DNA of 64,000 nucleotides. It comes from Octopus sinensis. Lineage: Eukaryota. A program made the position numbers and the translations under genes. Positions 1 through 12,748 of the stretch are shown piece by piece; positions within the stretch are counted from its first letter, which is position 1, and every line of letters starts with the position of its first letter. The notes beneath the pieces were generated by a model. That model was not told where the DNA came from. It ran no database searches and saw nothing but the letters and a program-made list of their open reading frames with translations. The stretch lies in contig NC_043005.1 of assembly GCF_006345805.1 (NCBI RefSeq), positions 992,001-1,056,000 of the forward strand. Reading direction: 5' to 3'.

Positions 1-1121
1 ACAACTATTGTGTGAAAAGTGAGAGGTTCAGTGGCTGAGTGCAAAAAGTATTTGTTAATTAACTGATAATAAGTTGCAATTTCAAACCTAATTGATTACA
101 CTGAGCTGAATCTCAGCAATCAAAGAGAATCTCTTGATTAAAGTCCCTAATTTTAAAAAATGAGTCAGAAGTTATGTGCAAGGAAGGTTAAATAGACTAG
201 GATTAGCTTCTCTCTATCTGAACATTGTACTGTTTCCTCTCAGACTGGAGACACATCGTTAGTGACTCTAACCTTATTTAGAAAGTGCATACTACTAAGA
301 AACTGCTACATTTTCTTGAGAACCTTTAAACCCAATACAAATTTAGGTAAGAACAAAAGAGAATTCTTCACTTCAATAATCAAAAAGAAAATTTTTAACA
401 TAACCACAGTTTTCTTTTAAGACAAAATTTGATGGTTTTTCTATTTGGTTTTGGGGGTTGAATTATCAATATATAACCTGGAGAAGGTATTAGTGTCTTT
501 CAAATTTGAAACCACTCAACCATGAAGCCATTAATGTTTGTATTTATCTGCCAGTTGTTTCCTACACAAGCTGCAAAATGTTTCGATTATAAGCAACTCA
601 CTATACATTATCGTTATTACTTTATTGACTCTCAATAAAGCATTTTAACTTCAAAGTAGATGCTTTAAAGAAGACCAGATCTCTGTTTTTTAATGACTAG
701 AGCAAATAAATTTCTATGCTTTGACTTGGAACTACAAAGTGCCTTAATCATTCAGTTCCTACTTGATGAACCAAATGCTGAGACATGACTTAACAGCAGC
801 AACAAAAGAAGAGCCTGGAATCGGACAAAGTCCATTCTGAAGAGTTTTCTTTCCACTTTGTTAATAAGTTTCTACAATCAACAATAAAATAAATTCTCAA
901 TATCAATTCTAGAGTAACTGTCATATATGTATAAGAGGAGGCATAACTAGTATTATAATGCTGCCAGGGTTGAATTTGCCTTTCATATGTCAGGGATACA
1001 ATAAAATATGAAGTACTGGGAGGGATTGGAAGATTGAATTGAGCTGTTTTTCAAAAATGCCTTTTGCAAAAGTTAGAAATTACAATTAAAGCAATGGAGT
1101 AGAAGACCCAGATCAGTGGAC

Positions 1122-1203
1122 AAAGTGGTTTGTAGTGTTTAGGGATATCCATAAAGGACCTAAAGTGGTTTGTAGTGTTTAGGGATATCCATCAAGGACC
1201 TAA
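1122..1203. repeat. 40-bp tandem duplication (2 copies, 1 mismatch)
   Basis: aaagtggtttgtagtgtttagggatatccat(a/c)aaggacct occurs twice. Confidence 0.9.
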
Positions 1204-2674
1204 GTTCAAATTTTAATTTTTCTCTCACCAGAGTTAATAAAATGTGTTTCTGTCATGTACAACCTTTGAATCAGTGATTGTTGATTCTTATTTTATATTG
1301 GAATTGGTAAACAATAGTGTTGTTGGTTATAAGTTTGAACAGGTTAATCAGAATTTTTGACAGCAGCACTGACAACCAGATGTCTGTAAGTTGATGTCAA
1401 ATACCTCATTAGTAAATCACTAGTTTTCCCCCATTTTGCGGGAGGACGTTTATCTTCACTGAAAAATATACATCTCTCAATGAAATCTCACTTGCAAGGT
1501 ATAGGCCAACCTGAGATTAGGGTAGAAGTCACTTGTCTGAGATATGCAATGACATTTTACTTGGAAGCATGAAGTTGTGAAAAGAACTTCTCCACAGAAC
1601 AGCCAAGCCTGCAGTGTCCGTACAAGTTGGTTAGATTATTGAATTCCATCTTTTTAAATTCAGACTTCAAATCCTGTTCAAGTTAACTATATTGTTCATC
1701 CCCAAGGGACAGTCAATAAAATGTGTACCAGTAATATAATTGCAATGACTGAATCACTTGACCCTTTCCATCAATTTGTAGCTGTTGTCAATGTATCATA
1801 TCACCAGTATTGATTCTGGTGTGTTAATATCATGGTCATTATTTGTTATCTTTATGAAGAAATTATTAAGGAGGTACAGCTCTTCAGGATTGTGGCATAA
1901 AATACATTACAATATTTAGTTTTGTCTCTCTTGGCACCAAGTATATACATAGCTCATCGAGGTTCACTTAGGCTTCATCTGTATCTCATGTTGGCATGGG
2001 TTTGATGCTCTTCCTGACAGCAACCACTTCCTTTTTCTTCATGTCACTAGCACCAGTCAGGCTGGCAAGATTATGAAGATAGAGGAACAAATGTGCTAAG
2101 AAGATGTGGTTAAGTTGTGAGAGGAAGAGCTGCAAAGGAGCAGAATGACTACTGAGAGAGGAGGGTGGTGGGCATTGAAAAGTGAAATAACTGAGGTGTT
2201 ACAGTAGACTTTCCAGGTACGAATGGGTAGACAGGAATGGGTGAGGCAGGGACGTTAGAAGTGAATGTGTGGAGAAAAGGACGGGGCAGCTGAATAAAAA
2301 TGATGCTGTAAACAGGAGGACAAAAGAGATGAGATGCTGATGGATAAGGAAGAGAGGCAGGTGGAGTGTACGAGGAGAATGAGTAGTGGTGAGGGAGGAG
2401 AGATGATGATTTGGTGGCATTGGGAAATGTATGGGTGATCAATGAAGGTAAGGATGGAGATCAATGAAGGTATGGATAAAAAGTAAAGTGGTTCTGTACA
2501 AAAAGGAGGGAGCAAGGAAAAACTGAAGCAATTCATATTTCATCAGGATCAACTTTTCATCTTTCCAAGATTCCTAAATTCACTTCCAGTCAAGTGTCTC
2601 AATTGACTTAAGCAACTGTCATTCCCCACCCCAAATTTCTGGCCTTATACCTATTATTATTATTATTGTTATTT

Positions 2675-5225
2675 TTAGTTTTAGGGAGGTGAATTGGTAA
2701 AGGGCTGGACAGTTTGCTTTGCAGTGTTTACTAATATTTCTTTAACAGTTCAAAATCTGCCAACATCAACTTTTGTTTCTCAACTTTCTGGAGTTAATGA
2801 AATTAGCAAAAGGAGTTATTTGACTAAACTTTGTTAAAATAACAGGGTTTGTGGCAAAGTACAATTATCATCCCCAATAAATCAGTTTTCTTTATATGTT
2901 CTACCCTCATGTCAATCTCAATTTCTCCAACACATTTCTCAAATCTAATCGTTAATGCTCCTAATGAACCCCCCCTCACCACCAACTACTGCAATGACAG
3001 TTACTTTCTTCTTTATTGCCCACATTCATGCAATCTCATCTTTCAGTGGATTCTTGTACTTCTCAATCTTTTCCAGTTATTTATCATCCACCCATACACC
3101 CCTGGCTATGGCAATATCTGTGATCTTGGTTTCCTTCATCATTTTATCAGCAACAATAATGTCTGGTCCCTGAGCACCAATCACAAAAACACACTGGAAT
3201 GTAAGATTCCACAACATCTTATACTCATTATTCTCAGTGATGCCTTCTAGTTTATGCTTGCACAATTTCAATGTCATTTCAAGACCATTCTCCTCACGCA
3301 CACTCCAATGAAAACACCTAACTACATTATCATGCTTCTTTCTGTATTCCTTTTGAGCCAATTTGCTACACTCATAATATGTGAGACTGTTTCACTTTTG
3401 ATGGCACACATTCTACCAAGGGGCAATTCACTACTCTTATCTATTTGAAACTTAAGATCCCTTTAGGTAGATAGCCCTACTTGATCTGTAGAAAAGGTGT
3501 GGGTAGAAACTCCATAAGATGCACCTGGTGTAAGCTTTGGACACATAAAAGGTACAACAAGATCAAAAGAAGGTTATCAGGGGAACTAGCTTTTGTATGA
3601 GGATGATGCAGAGGTACAATAAAAGGTTAAAATGTGCAGAAAATAGATTCCATTAACTGCCAGGGGGCCAAGTTAGAGGTAGTAGAAAGCTTCCATTATC
3701 TAGATGACCAAGTTAGTAGTGAAGGTGGATGCTCCGAGAGCATAGCTGTGAGAATAAGATTAAGCTGGGAAAAGTTCAGAGGGCTCCTACCACTGCTGGC
3801 AACAAAGGGCCACTCCCTCAGAGTGAAAGGCAGATTGTTTGATGCCTGTGTGTGAACAGCTATGCTACACAGCAGTGAAAAAAGGGCTGTGATGACCGAG
3901 ACTTTTAGCAAGGTACTGTGCTTGAGAGGGCCCATCAAGCCGAGTGAAATCATAGTCTTGGTAACTGACACCCATGCTGGTGGTACATAAAGAACACCTT
4001 TCGAGCATTGGTCCACATGGAGGCAAAGTGGCTGTGTTCCTTTCAAGTGTTGGGCCTCACAGAGGCAAATACCGAGGCCTTTGGCATTATGTCATGCTCG
4101 AGAAGAAGACCTATCTTGCCCAGCAAAATCACAGTTGTGGCAGATACCAGTGTCATGCAAATGGCACCTGTGCTGGTGGCATGTCAAAGCACCATTACAT
4201 TTTCAAAGTGGTTGGTATTAGGAAGGGCATCCAGATGTAGAAAACTATGCCAAATCAGACTGGAGCCTGGTACAGCCTTCCAGCATTCCAGCCTGGTCAA
4301 ACCGTCCAACCCATGCCAGCATGGATAACTGATGTTAAATAATGATAATTTTGTTAATATTCCTAGCAGTAACAACCAAACGTTCAAACTGCTGTTCGAT
4401 GTACCATCCCAGACATTTTCCTCATTGGCAACACAGCTTTTGCATTCTTTTTACCTAGGCACATACAGTCTATCGATATTCCTTTTAGGGTGCAGTTTCT
4501 TGTTCATTGTCATCACTTTCCTGGTTTCTATCCATTTCCTCAAGCTTGTTCTTTGTCCAGCTAACAACACCTGTGCCATATTGCATTTAAGAGACAGCCC
4601 ATGACTAATTTGCTTTTCCTGGAGTATTCTCACCTAAGGCTTTCCATCATCTTGCTCACCTTGATTTTGTCATACTCTGAAATACCCAGATATTTATCTC
4701 CATCTACCTCAGCATCCTTCATTGTTTCGCTGCATCAATCATGTTACTTCCTCTTATTTTTATGATAAACACGGCAAACTTATTAATCTCAAATTCCATC
4801 CTTATATCCTTACTGATTATTTGCATTGTTGAAAGCAAACCATTTATTTCATGCTCACTCTTACTGAAAATCTTTAAGTCAGGTGATTCAGTTTTTTTCT
4901 TCATTTTTCAAGGTGTACCTTGATGTCACTTTTTGCAATATTGGTGTCAAAAGGAACAGACAAATCACAAATAGCAATGATGATAGAATATCTCCTTAAA
5001 ATATGCCTCTCCTGATACTGACCTTGGCTAAAAATTCTCCACATGATGTGGTCCCTTTATTCCAGTTCTTCACTGTTCTCCTGATAAAATTCAAAATGTT
5101 AGGCCCCAGTGCAAACTCAAGACTTTCTAAAATCCAAGAATAGGGACCATGTCGTAAGCTTTCTTATTACTGATCCATGTCATACTGAGACTAGTAGGTC
5201 TTTTCTAAAAATCATTCAATCAATC

Positions 5226-5227
<2 letters not shown>
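2675..5227 (-). mobile_element. Degenerate R4/Dong-like RLE-type non-LTR retrotransposon (RT, zinc knuckle, restriction-like endonuclease), interrupted at about 3455-4335
   Basis: Minus-strand remnants KKAYDMVP, GDILSSLLFVI, DLKIFSKSEHEINGLL..SKDIRMEF, LHPKRNIDRLYVPR, RMC..ETVSHI, AQKEYRKKHDNV..HW, PDIIVADK..ITDIAI, EKIEKY; many stops and frameshifts. Confidence 0.75.
3455..4335 (+). mobile_element. RTE-clade LINE 3' fragment (PHD-finger remnant, RT C-terminus, 3' UTR), internally deleted
   Basis: ICRKGVGRNSIRCTWCKLWTHKR, KLEVVESFHYL, WEKFRGLLPLLATKG; same 3' tail (AACCGTCCAACCCATGC) as the other copies. Confidence 0.85.

Positions 5228-5281
<54 letters not shown>
5228..5281. repeat. (TTA)18 microsatellite
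   Basis: Direct reading. Confidence 0.97.
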
Positions 5282-5282
<1 letters not shown>

Positions 5283-5465
5283 GGCAATGAGCTGGCTGAA
5301 TCCTTAATGAGACAAAATGCTTAGTGAAATGTCTTTTGGATCTTTACATCCTGAGTTAACTTAGCCTTTTATCCTTTCAGTACTGAGATTGATGTAATTG
5401 ACTTTCCCCCTCCCCCTCAAGACTGTTGGCTTTCTACCAAAATTATGAATTATTATTATTATTAC
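5282..5465 (+). mobile_element. Decayed tRNA-derived SINE (same family as 37434-37664)
   Basis: aaggcaatgagctggctgaatc head, GCCTTTTATCCTTT core, (ATT)n tail. Confidence 0.65.
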
Positions 5466-5998
5466 TCTTGTTATATGTTTAGCCTGTTTACATTTGAACA
5501 TCATAACTATCCATCTAAAAGCTTTATTTAATTAGTATTTAGTCCCTAGTTAATAGTTTTATAGCAAACATTAACAAACTGTACTAAGGGCCTAGTTACT
5601 AGACTGGGGTAAAGCCACACCAAAAACATTTACCATATCAACTCTACTGCTACCTTTGTTAACGAGACAAGAACAAAGCATCTCTCATGAAAAGTAATAA
5701 AAAAGACACACACAAAACAAACAGAGAATAACCACAACAAGGTTTGAAACAGGAATCCAACTCTCAGAAGCCAGATATCTTAAGCTCTAGAAGCCACCAA
5801 GCCTCCATATAACTACAGCAGTCACAAAATAGCCAAAGAATTTCTTTTTGTCATTTATTTTCAACTCTAAATGTTTGTATAGAATTTTGTTTGTTAATTT
5901 GAAATCCTTCCAAAGAAACAAAAGACCGAAAGAAAAGAAAGATGAAAGGAAACAGATGTTTTAAAGTGAAAGGAAGAATAAGGATTGGTAAAACTCAC

Positions 5999-6044
5999 CA
6001 TGGTATACTCGCAGGATGGCTTCACAGACAAATTTGTACTGACT
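5999..6044 (-). CDS. PTPN4: PTPN4-like exon (Q-loop end): SQYKFVCEAILRVYH
   Basis: ttttgtag acceptor; followed by a G|gtgagt donor (46 nt), or read-through to TAA at 5961-5963. Confidence 0.92.
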
Positions 6045-6376
6045 CTACAAAAGAAAAGAAAAAGAAAGAAAGGAAATGAAATCTTCAGGTTGTGTTTGTT
6101 TCTAGTTTAATCAATAACTCTAACAACATAAAAGAGCTGAGTGTCAGAAGAATTGCTTTGCAGTATTTCTCCTGACTCTTTCTGCTCTCAGTTGAAATCC
6201 TGCTCTGCTCAACTTTGCCTCTCATCTGTCTGTAGTCAATAAAATAAGTCAAGAATGTAATCGACTAATGCCCCCTCCCCTCAAAATTAATGGCTTTGTG
6301 CCTAAATCAGAAACCTTTTTTATCCTCCTCAATCATTATAATAATAAAGATGGAGGACAGAAACAACTGAGTCTTA

Positions 6377-7938
6377 CCGTAAAAACCCATGTAATTTATG
6401 CACTTTTTTTCACAAAAACAAAAATAAACTTTAATGGATGTGTAAATTACATGAGTAGATTGTTTCCAGAATTTTAAAAAATATTTTTTTGTTGAAAAAT
6501 GACATTCGTACTGGAAGTTGACTCATTTAATGTCAGAATAGGTTGTTACAGAAAAAATATAATGAAGTTGACTTTTATTAATGCTGGATGGTATAATGCT
6601 TACTTTTTCTGAATAAATTTACTAAAACCATTAAATGGTTAACTACTTTTTGAAGTTTGATGTTCATGCTAGCAATTACGGTCCAGGCCATATTTTACAT
6701 GGCTTGGAGTTTCTACTTATCACTATGGAGCCCAGCAATTTCCTTAAATAGATCAGTTTTACTCCCCTTCAGAAGTCTACTTTGTGTTTGCCTTCAGGAA
6801 GCTATTGCTTGCTCTCTCCATGTTTGAACAATGAAATTCATCACTGCCAGCATCGCCACTACCAGATCTTACTGCATCTAACGTTGAGGACAACATCATA
6901 ATTCATCCTTGCACATGTAAACTCAATAAGTGAAGATGACTCAGCATTCCGACAGAAACCTTCATTTACCATATCCAATGTTTAATGTCGTTTCACATTC
7001 ATGTCGAGTTCTGCAGCAATCTCATGTTCTCTTCGTAGAACACTTGTAATGTATGTATTACCAGTTCTTTTGGTAGAGTAGAATTTTGCTATTCTTCTTT
7101 ATGTCCCCTCACAGACGTGTATATTCTAGCAAGTCTCTTCTTAAATTTTGCACCTCTCCTGTTCAATAAACACTGAGTTAAATTTGCAAAGCTGTTTATT
7201 TTCTCCTTTCGATTTTTAATGTTTGTTTTAGTGGGTTACCAAACTATCAGTTTGGTCTCCCAGCTAAAATGGTAATGACAAATTCTTAAGCTTGCTTTAC
7301 ATTTTGTAAGTGTGAAAGGAATTAAAATTTCGATACTCCATATCAAAGGTTCCAACAAGAATAGGCAGAAAATCAGAGCTTGAGACAAGAAGACACTTTC
7401 GACCAATCAGAATTCTGTTTACATAATCAGTTTGATCGGTCACCTTCCTCTGTCGGTTGAGTAAAGTGTCATCCAAGCTGATGTTTATTGGTAATTAAAC
7501 TATTTTGCAACACCTGTGCATATTTATCAGCTTTGTTTTTGTTGATAAGAATTATCAACAACTTTTCCTGTGATCGTGATTTAAGAAGGCATACAGCAGT
7601 ATGCTAAAGATCGGACATAATCTCTTGTGGGCAAGAAATGTAAAATAAAGTTTATTATAAACAACACAAACACTTTGTAATTTAATAAGTTTTAATGTGA
7701 TACCTGTTGAACAGAAATTATTTTTATTTAATGAAAATTTAATAAAATCTAATCATAAGTAAGTGAAATTATGCTAAATACAACTAAATTGAAAACCTTT
7801 TTTCCCCTGGCCATATCAGCAATTCTGAAAACTTTTGAGTGCAAATCTTACATGAGTAGAAGGTATTTTTAACAATTTTTATCTTGAAAATCACCTGTGT
7901 AAATTATACAGGTGTGCAAATTACACGGGTTTTTATGG
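6377..7938. mobile_element. Tc1/mariner-superfamily (Tc2/pogo-like) non-autonomous DNA transposon, long copy
   Basis: TIR CCGTAAAAACCCATGTAATTT ... AAATTACACGGGTTTTTATGG; TA on the left; both ends align with 41913-42724. Confidence 0.8.
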
Positions 7939-9426
7939 AAAATGACTTGTAGTAATTATAATCATTTATACTCTCAGTTCAAATCCTGTTGAAGTTAATT
8001 TACTTTGCTTTTATCCTTTTGGAGTTCAAACAATAAGTGCCAATCAAATGCTACAGTTCTATCTCAAAATTTGTGGTCTTGTGCTAATGTTAGAAGTTAT
8101 TATTGTAAAAGTAATGGAGTAACAAAAACGTCTACCAAAATGTTCAGCGATATTTTATGATGTCTCTTCATAATATGAATTGAAATCTAAACATTTATCT
8201 GCTAGTGGAGAGGTTTCAATGTAACTTGTTCTCTGTAAACTTGTGTCTGTGTATTATGCAAGAAATTGGCATCATCCTAACTAACATCCTCTACCATTAA
8301 AAGAGGCTGAGAAAATATTTAAGGGCATCATTGAACAGTACTATATGCATTATGATATCCAATAGTCACTGTTATGCTTGTAAATTTAAACTGGGGTTAA
8401 TTTACCTTAACTGAGCAGAACTCAAAAAATAAATCAACTCTACCTGTTCTCTAATAAAACATTGCAATTGTAGCAGTTAAGTGGCCAGTTTTTAATGAAG
8501 TGAGTCTCAATAATTAACTAGAACCATTTCACCCAATTATCTTGTGAAAGGCATTAACATTGCAATTGTTTTCCCTCATCACCAATTTACTTAACTTATT
8601 ATCAGAAAAGATAGCAATACCATATTCAACAAAATGAAAAAAAATCTCAACTTTTAACGTAGCACTTGGTATTTTCAATTTTTGAAATTTTATACATCAC
8701 TGTTTTTTCAAAAAATTTTTCTTTCACATTTATATATCAATGTTAGCAAAGGTTCAGTTATTGTACAAATTTCAATATATGGTTCCTAACCAAACACTGC
8801 ATTTTAAAATTCTAGTGCTGAGTTTGGTAAATCAAATGGTGATCAGATATATTATCATTTGCAGTGAAACATTCTTGGCACATTAGCTGTTCTTTGTTGG
8901 ATTCATCCATTGACCCTTTATAGAGTCATCTTAGGGTACAGGAATAGCCCTGTTAGCTCAAATGTATGGCATGCGGGTAACTAATTGAATGGTTGGAGTT
9001 ATGTAAACTCATCTAGCATATCGGATTCAGTGGAATCCAATATTTTGCCATTTGATTACATTTCAGGCTGTAACCTGATTCAGTGTCACATCCATGATAT
9101 TAAATTTTTGGAGTCATCATCATCATCATCGTTTAACATCCGCTTTCCATGCTAGCATGGATTGGACGGTTTGACTGAGGGCTGGCGAACCAGATGGCTG
9201 CACCAGTTTTTTTTATCTTTCACAGCTAGAGGAAATCTTTGGAACAGAAAACATTTAACTCTGAAGTCAAGACTGATCCTAATTTTAAAAAGACTGGAGG
9301 TTTTAAAATAACATCATTGCAGTAGTAGTATTTGAACTTGGTGATTCAGATCTTATAGAAATTTAAGAGAATTACTTTAGCTCTAACATAATATGCCATT
9401 TCTCACCAACATATTTTTATACTTAC

Positions 9427-9562
9427 AGCTGTCTGTATAAGCATTGCTCGCTGATCTCTCATCTGGCGTACAATTGCAAGAGGAAATACAGTTTGATTGG
9501 CTTCCACTAAGCACATAGCCGTTTCCATCGTAATTAGAACTCCTGTCCGACCAATTCCAGCG
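9427..9562 (-). CDS. PTPN4: PTPN4-like exon (P-loop): (S)[45 protein letters not shown]
   Basis: ttttctag / gtaagt; 136 nt, phase 2-0; completes [11 protein letters not shown]. Confidence 0.97.
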
Positions 9563-10298
9563 CTAGAAAAGGAAACAAAGGCAAAAAAGATATTTCAATG
9601 ATTAGAAACAGAAAGCAGGATAAAAAAGATTAGATAAATAAAAAAAAATCACTGGTTTTAACATGAAATTATCCTTTATCATTTGACAGATGAGAACTAG
9701 CTTCATAAGATTTGGTTTCGCTGGCTTTCTACAGATCACTCAATTAATCCTGGTTTTGGCAACCCTCTCTTACTAGCTTTTTCGATCAATAGCATTTGAC
9801 CCTCTTGTATACATCACAGTCAATGCATCTGAAACCTACTGAAATTTACACAGTAAATAAGACTTTGATGTTCACCCAGTAAGAAAATATAAACCGAAGC
9901 GAATAAGCATGCTCTGGGAGTGAAGACAATCTTATGTAAAAGTCGTTCAGCTTTTATGTTTGCTGGTTGGTTGATTATCAGCAGCCAACTTTGACACATA
10001 TAACAATATCAAGCAAAAACACTGTAAGCTAGTGTTTGGAGTCAGTCAGTCTGATATGGAAAATTACGACTGTAGTAAGCAATGACTGAGACAATGAAAC
10101 AAAAATACAGGCTGACTAGAACTTTCTTATTTGGTTAGTTTCCTCACTTTAAGCACCTGTCTGGTTTGCAAGGATTTAGTCAGCTCAGGATTTGATTATT
10201 TTAAACATGTCAAGCTCTACAAAGTCTTTTCATGTTCGATGGCTTTCTCTCAATGGGGGAATCTATATTTATATTGGGTTACTTTTTCTTGGGTGTTT

Positions 10299-11287
10299 GA
10301 AGACGTATCTAAACAGATACGTCTTCAACCATCTTAACCCCTGACGGAGAAACATCATCTTTCTCAATCAAAGCCGGAATACTGCAGGGAGACACACTCG
10401 CCCCATTTCTCTTCATCATTGTCGTTGACTATGTGCTACATATGTCAATTGATACCATTTCTAGCAAGGGCTTTGAAATAAAACCTAGAAGTTCCAGATA
10501 CCCAGCTGAATACTTAACAGACACTGACTTTGCTGACGACATCGCTCTTATCAGTGATTCTCTCTCCAATGCCCAGTCTCTTTTACAATCTCTCGAACAA
10601 GCCTCAAATTGTGTAGGTCTTTACCTCAATGAGGCCAAGACTAAATATATAAACAAGTGCCTGTCCAACAGTGATTGCATCATCCATACTCTCAACAGTG
10701 CGCCTTTAAATATGGTTTCTGATTATAAATATCTTGGGTCATACATATCATCATCTGGAAAAGACTTTCTAACTAGAAAGGGTATGGCCTGGTCAGCCTG
10801 TAATGACATGCATAAGATCTGGTCATCAAATCTAAGTAGAGACTTCAAACTTGAAATCTTCAAAGCCACAGTCGGACCAATTCTACTATATGGCTCAGAA
10901 ACCTGGACGTTATCAAAGAAGCTTGAGAGGCGGTTGGATGGAACCTACACTCGCCTCCTTATGAGAGCTCAAAATCTCTCGTGGAAGCGTCATCCAACCA
11001 AAATGCAAATATATGGGAAACTACCACCTGTGTCATCTCTTGTGAAAGGTAGGAGAGTCCAGTTTGCTGGACATTGTTGTAGAGCTGAAAACGAGGCAAT
11101 TTCTACTCTTCTCCTCTGGAAGCCATCTACTCGCAATACCAGAGGGTGCACACTCTCCTACCCTGATATAATCTCCAGGGATACAGGCATCCAGCAACAG
11201 GACCTCCGTAATGCTATGATAGAGCGTGAAGTCTGGTGTAGCATGGTAAATTCCATTGTCTCGACCACGGTCGAACAATGATGATGA
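10299..11287 (+). mobile_element. 5'-truncated non-LTR retrotransposon (RTE/RTEX-like RT, open frame about 10310-11281)
   Basis: TPDGET, GILQGDTLAPFLF, DFADDIAL, KYLGS, LLYGSETW, QFAGHCCR; (TGA)n tail; 10-bp TSD TTGGGTGTTT at 10289-10298 and 11288-11297. Confidence 0.92.
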
Positions 11288-11552
11288 TTGGGTGTTTTCT
11301 GAGGAACACACAGATACCACACACACACAGTGCAGCAGATGATAAGGACTTGGGGGGGGGGCACAGATATTGTGATTTTTCTTTTCTTTATTGTGTTTCT
11401 ACTTATTGTTTGCTTTCACAACAGTGAAATGAAATAATGACCATTCGAGAGTCTTACAAGCAGATGCTGATTTTGGAAAGATTAACTTATTGACTAGCTT
11501 TACATTAAGAAGATATGCACAGTTGAAATAGTGAAGAACATAAAAGACCTAC

Positions 11553-11701
11553 CTGCAATGCACCACAGTAGGCTCAACCATTCCAATCCTATTCTTCCGA
11601 ACCCGGATCACAAAATCTAAAAAGTCAGCCGGATCATCAGGTACACCATGATCTGGCCAAGCAATGTACTGCATATGTTTTATATGTCTCTCTTGGTTAG
11701 T
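11553..11701 (-). CDS. PTPN4: PTPN4-like exon (WPD loop, catalytic Cys): TNQERHIKHMQYIAWPDHGVPDDPADFLDFVIRVRKNRIGMVEPTVVHC
   Basis: cttgtag / gtaggt; 149 nt, phase 0-2. Confidence 0.97.
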
Positions 11702-12748
11702 CTACAAGTAAATAAATGCCATATTACATACATTAAAGAATTTAAGAAAAAATTTATTAATTTCAGACAGAAACAAAAACATTGAAGGTAGTGTAAGGAA
11801 TTCAGTAAATACTAATAAACTTCCAACAGCCAAGTTCTCTGACTTGAAGCCATTCCAACCCATCTTTTTCATGTTTCTACCTGTTTTTTTTTTCCTGCTG
11901 GTACAGGTTTGACAAAACTTGAAGTAATACTCTATGACTGAGTGTTCTTCTTGTTGCTATCTTTGCACAATAAACCACTCAATGGTCAGATATGTTTTTA
12001 CAGCAGGTATAGGCAATGACATCACTATCTAAACACACATGCCAACTGCAGGCTTCTGTATAGTTTCCATCAAATTTCTCCCCCGGGTGTTTGCCAGCTT
12101 GAAGCTGGCACCACACAGCAAGATCAAACCTGAAATAACATGGTTTGCAAAATCAAATTCTTAACAATACAACCATGGCCCTCCTGAGCAATATAGAAAA
12201 GTAGCACATCTGTGTTACGGAAAACTATAATGTAGTGTAGAGGTACTTAGAATTCAAACTCCTGATATCTTCGTAATGAGAAATAGCTCTTGACCTTGAA
12301 CTCATAAAATGTCTGTAGCATGCTTCTAAAACATTTAAAAATTGTTTATTTCTGAAAAATCTTCATGCACACATGACACACACACATTCTAGATTAACCA
12401 GCAAAACATAATCAGCTTTTTAAGCAAGGTTGCACTCATTAGCACTTAAAAACTCAAACCCACAAGAAATCTCATTTCTGCTTTCACTACTCTGCACTTG
12501 ACCCCTCTGAACATCTTAATTACATCAGTCCCATGTTAAAGTCTTCTTGTCCCCAGCACTTTTGCTCAATCCTTCCTTCCTATAGCTGCAATTATCTTGA
12601 CCATCTGACCCATACCTTCTGGTCCAGTTAACCTGCAACAATTCAAACAAATTTCAACCAATTACCTTGAACATTTAGTCTAAGAGAGTCTGAAACGGGC
12701 TATGGGAACTGATAAACGAATACTACAATCACACAATACCAAACTTGC

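Noticed and set aside
782-836. Candidate last PTPN4 exon reading EWTLSDSRLFFCCCC*
   Set aside because: Acceptor and phase fit, but there is no resemblance to PTPN3/4 C-termini; not supportable without cDNA
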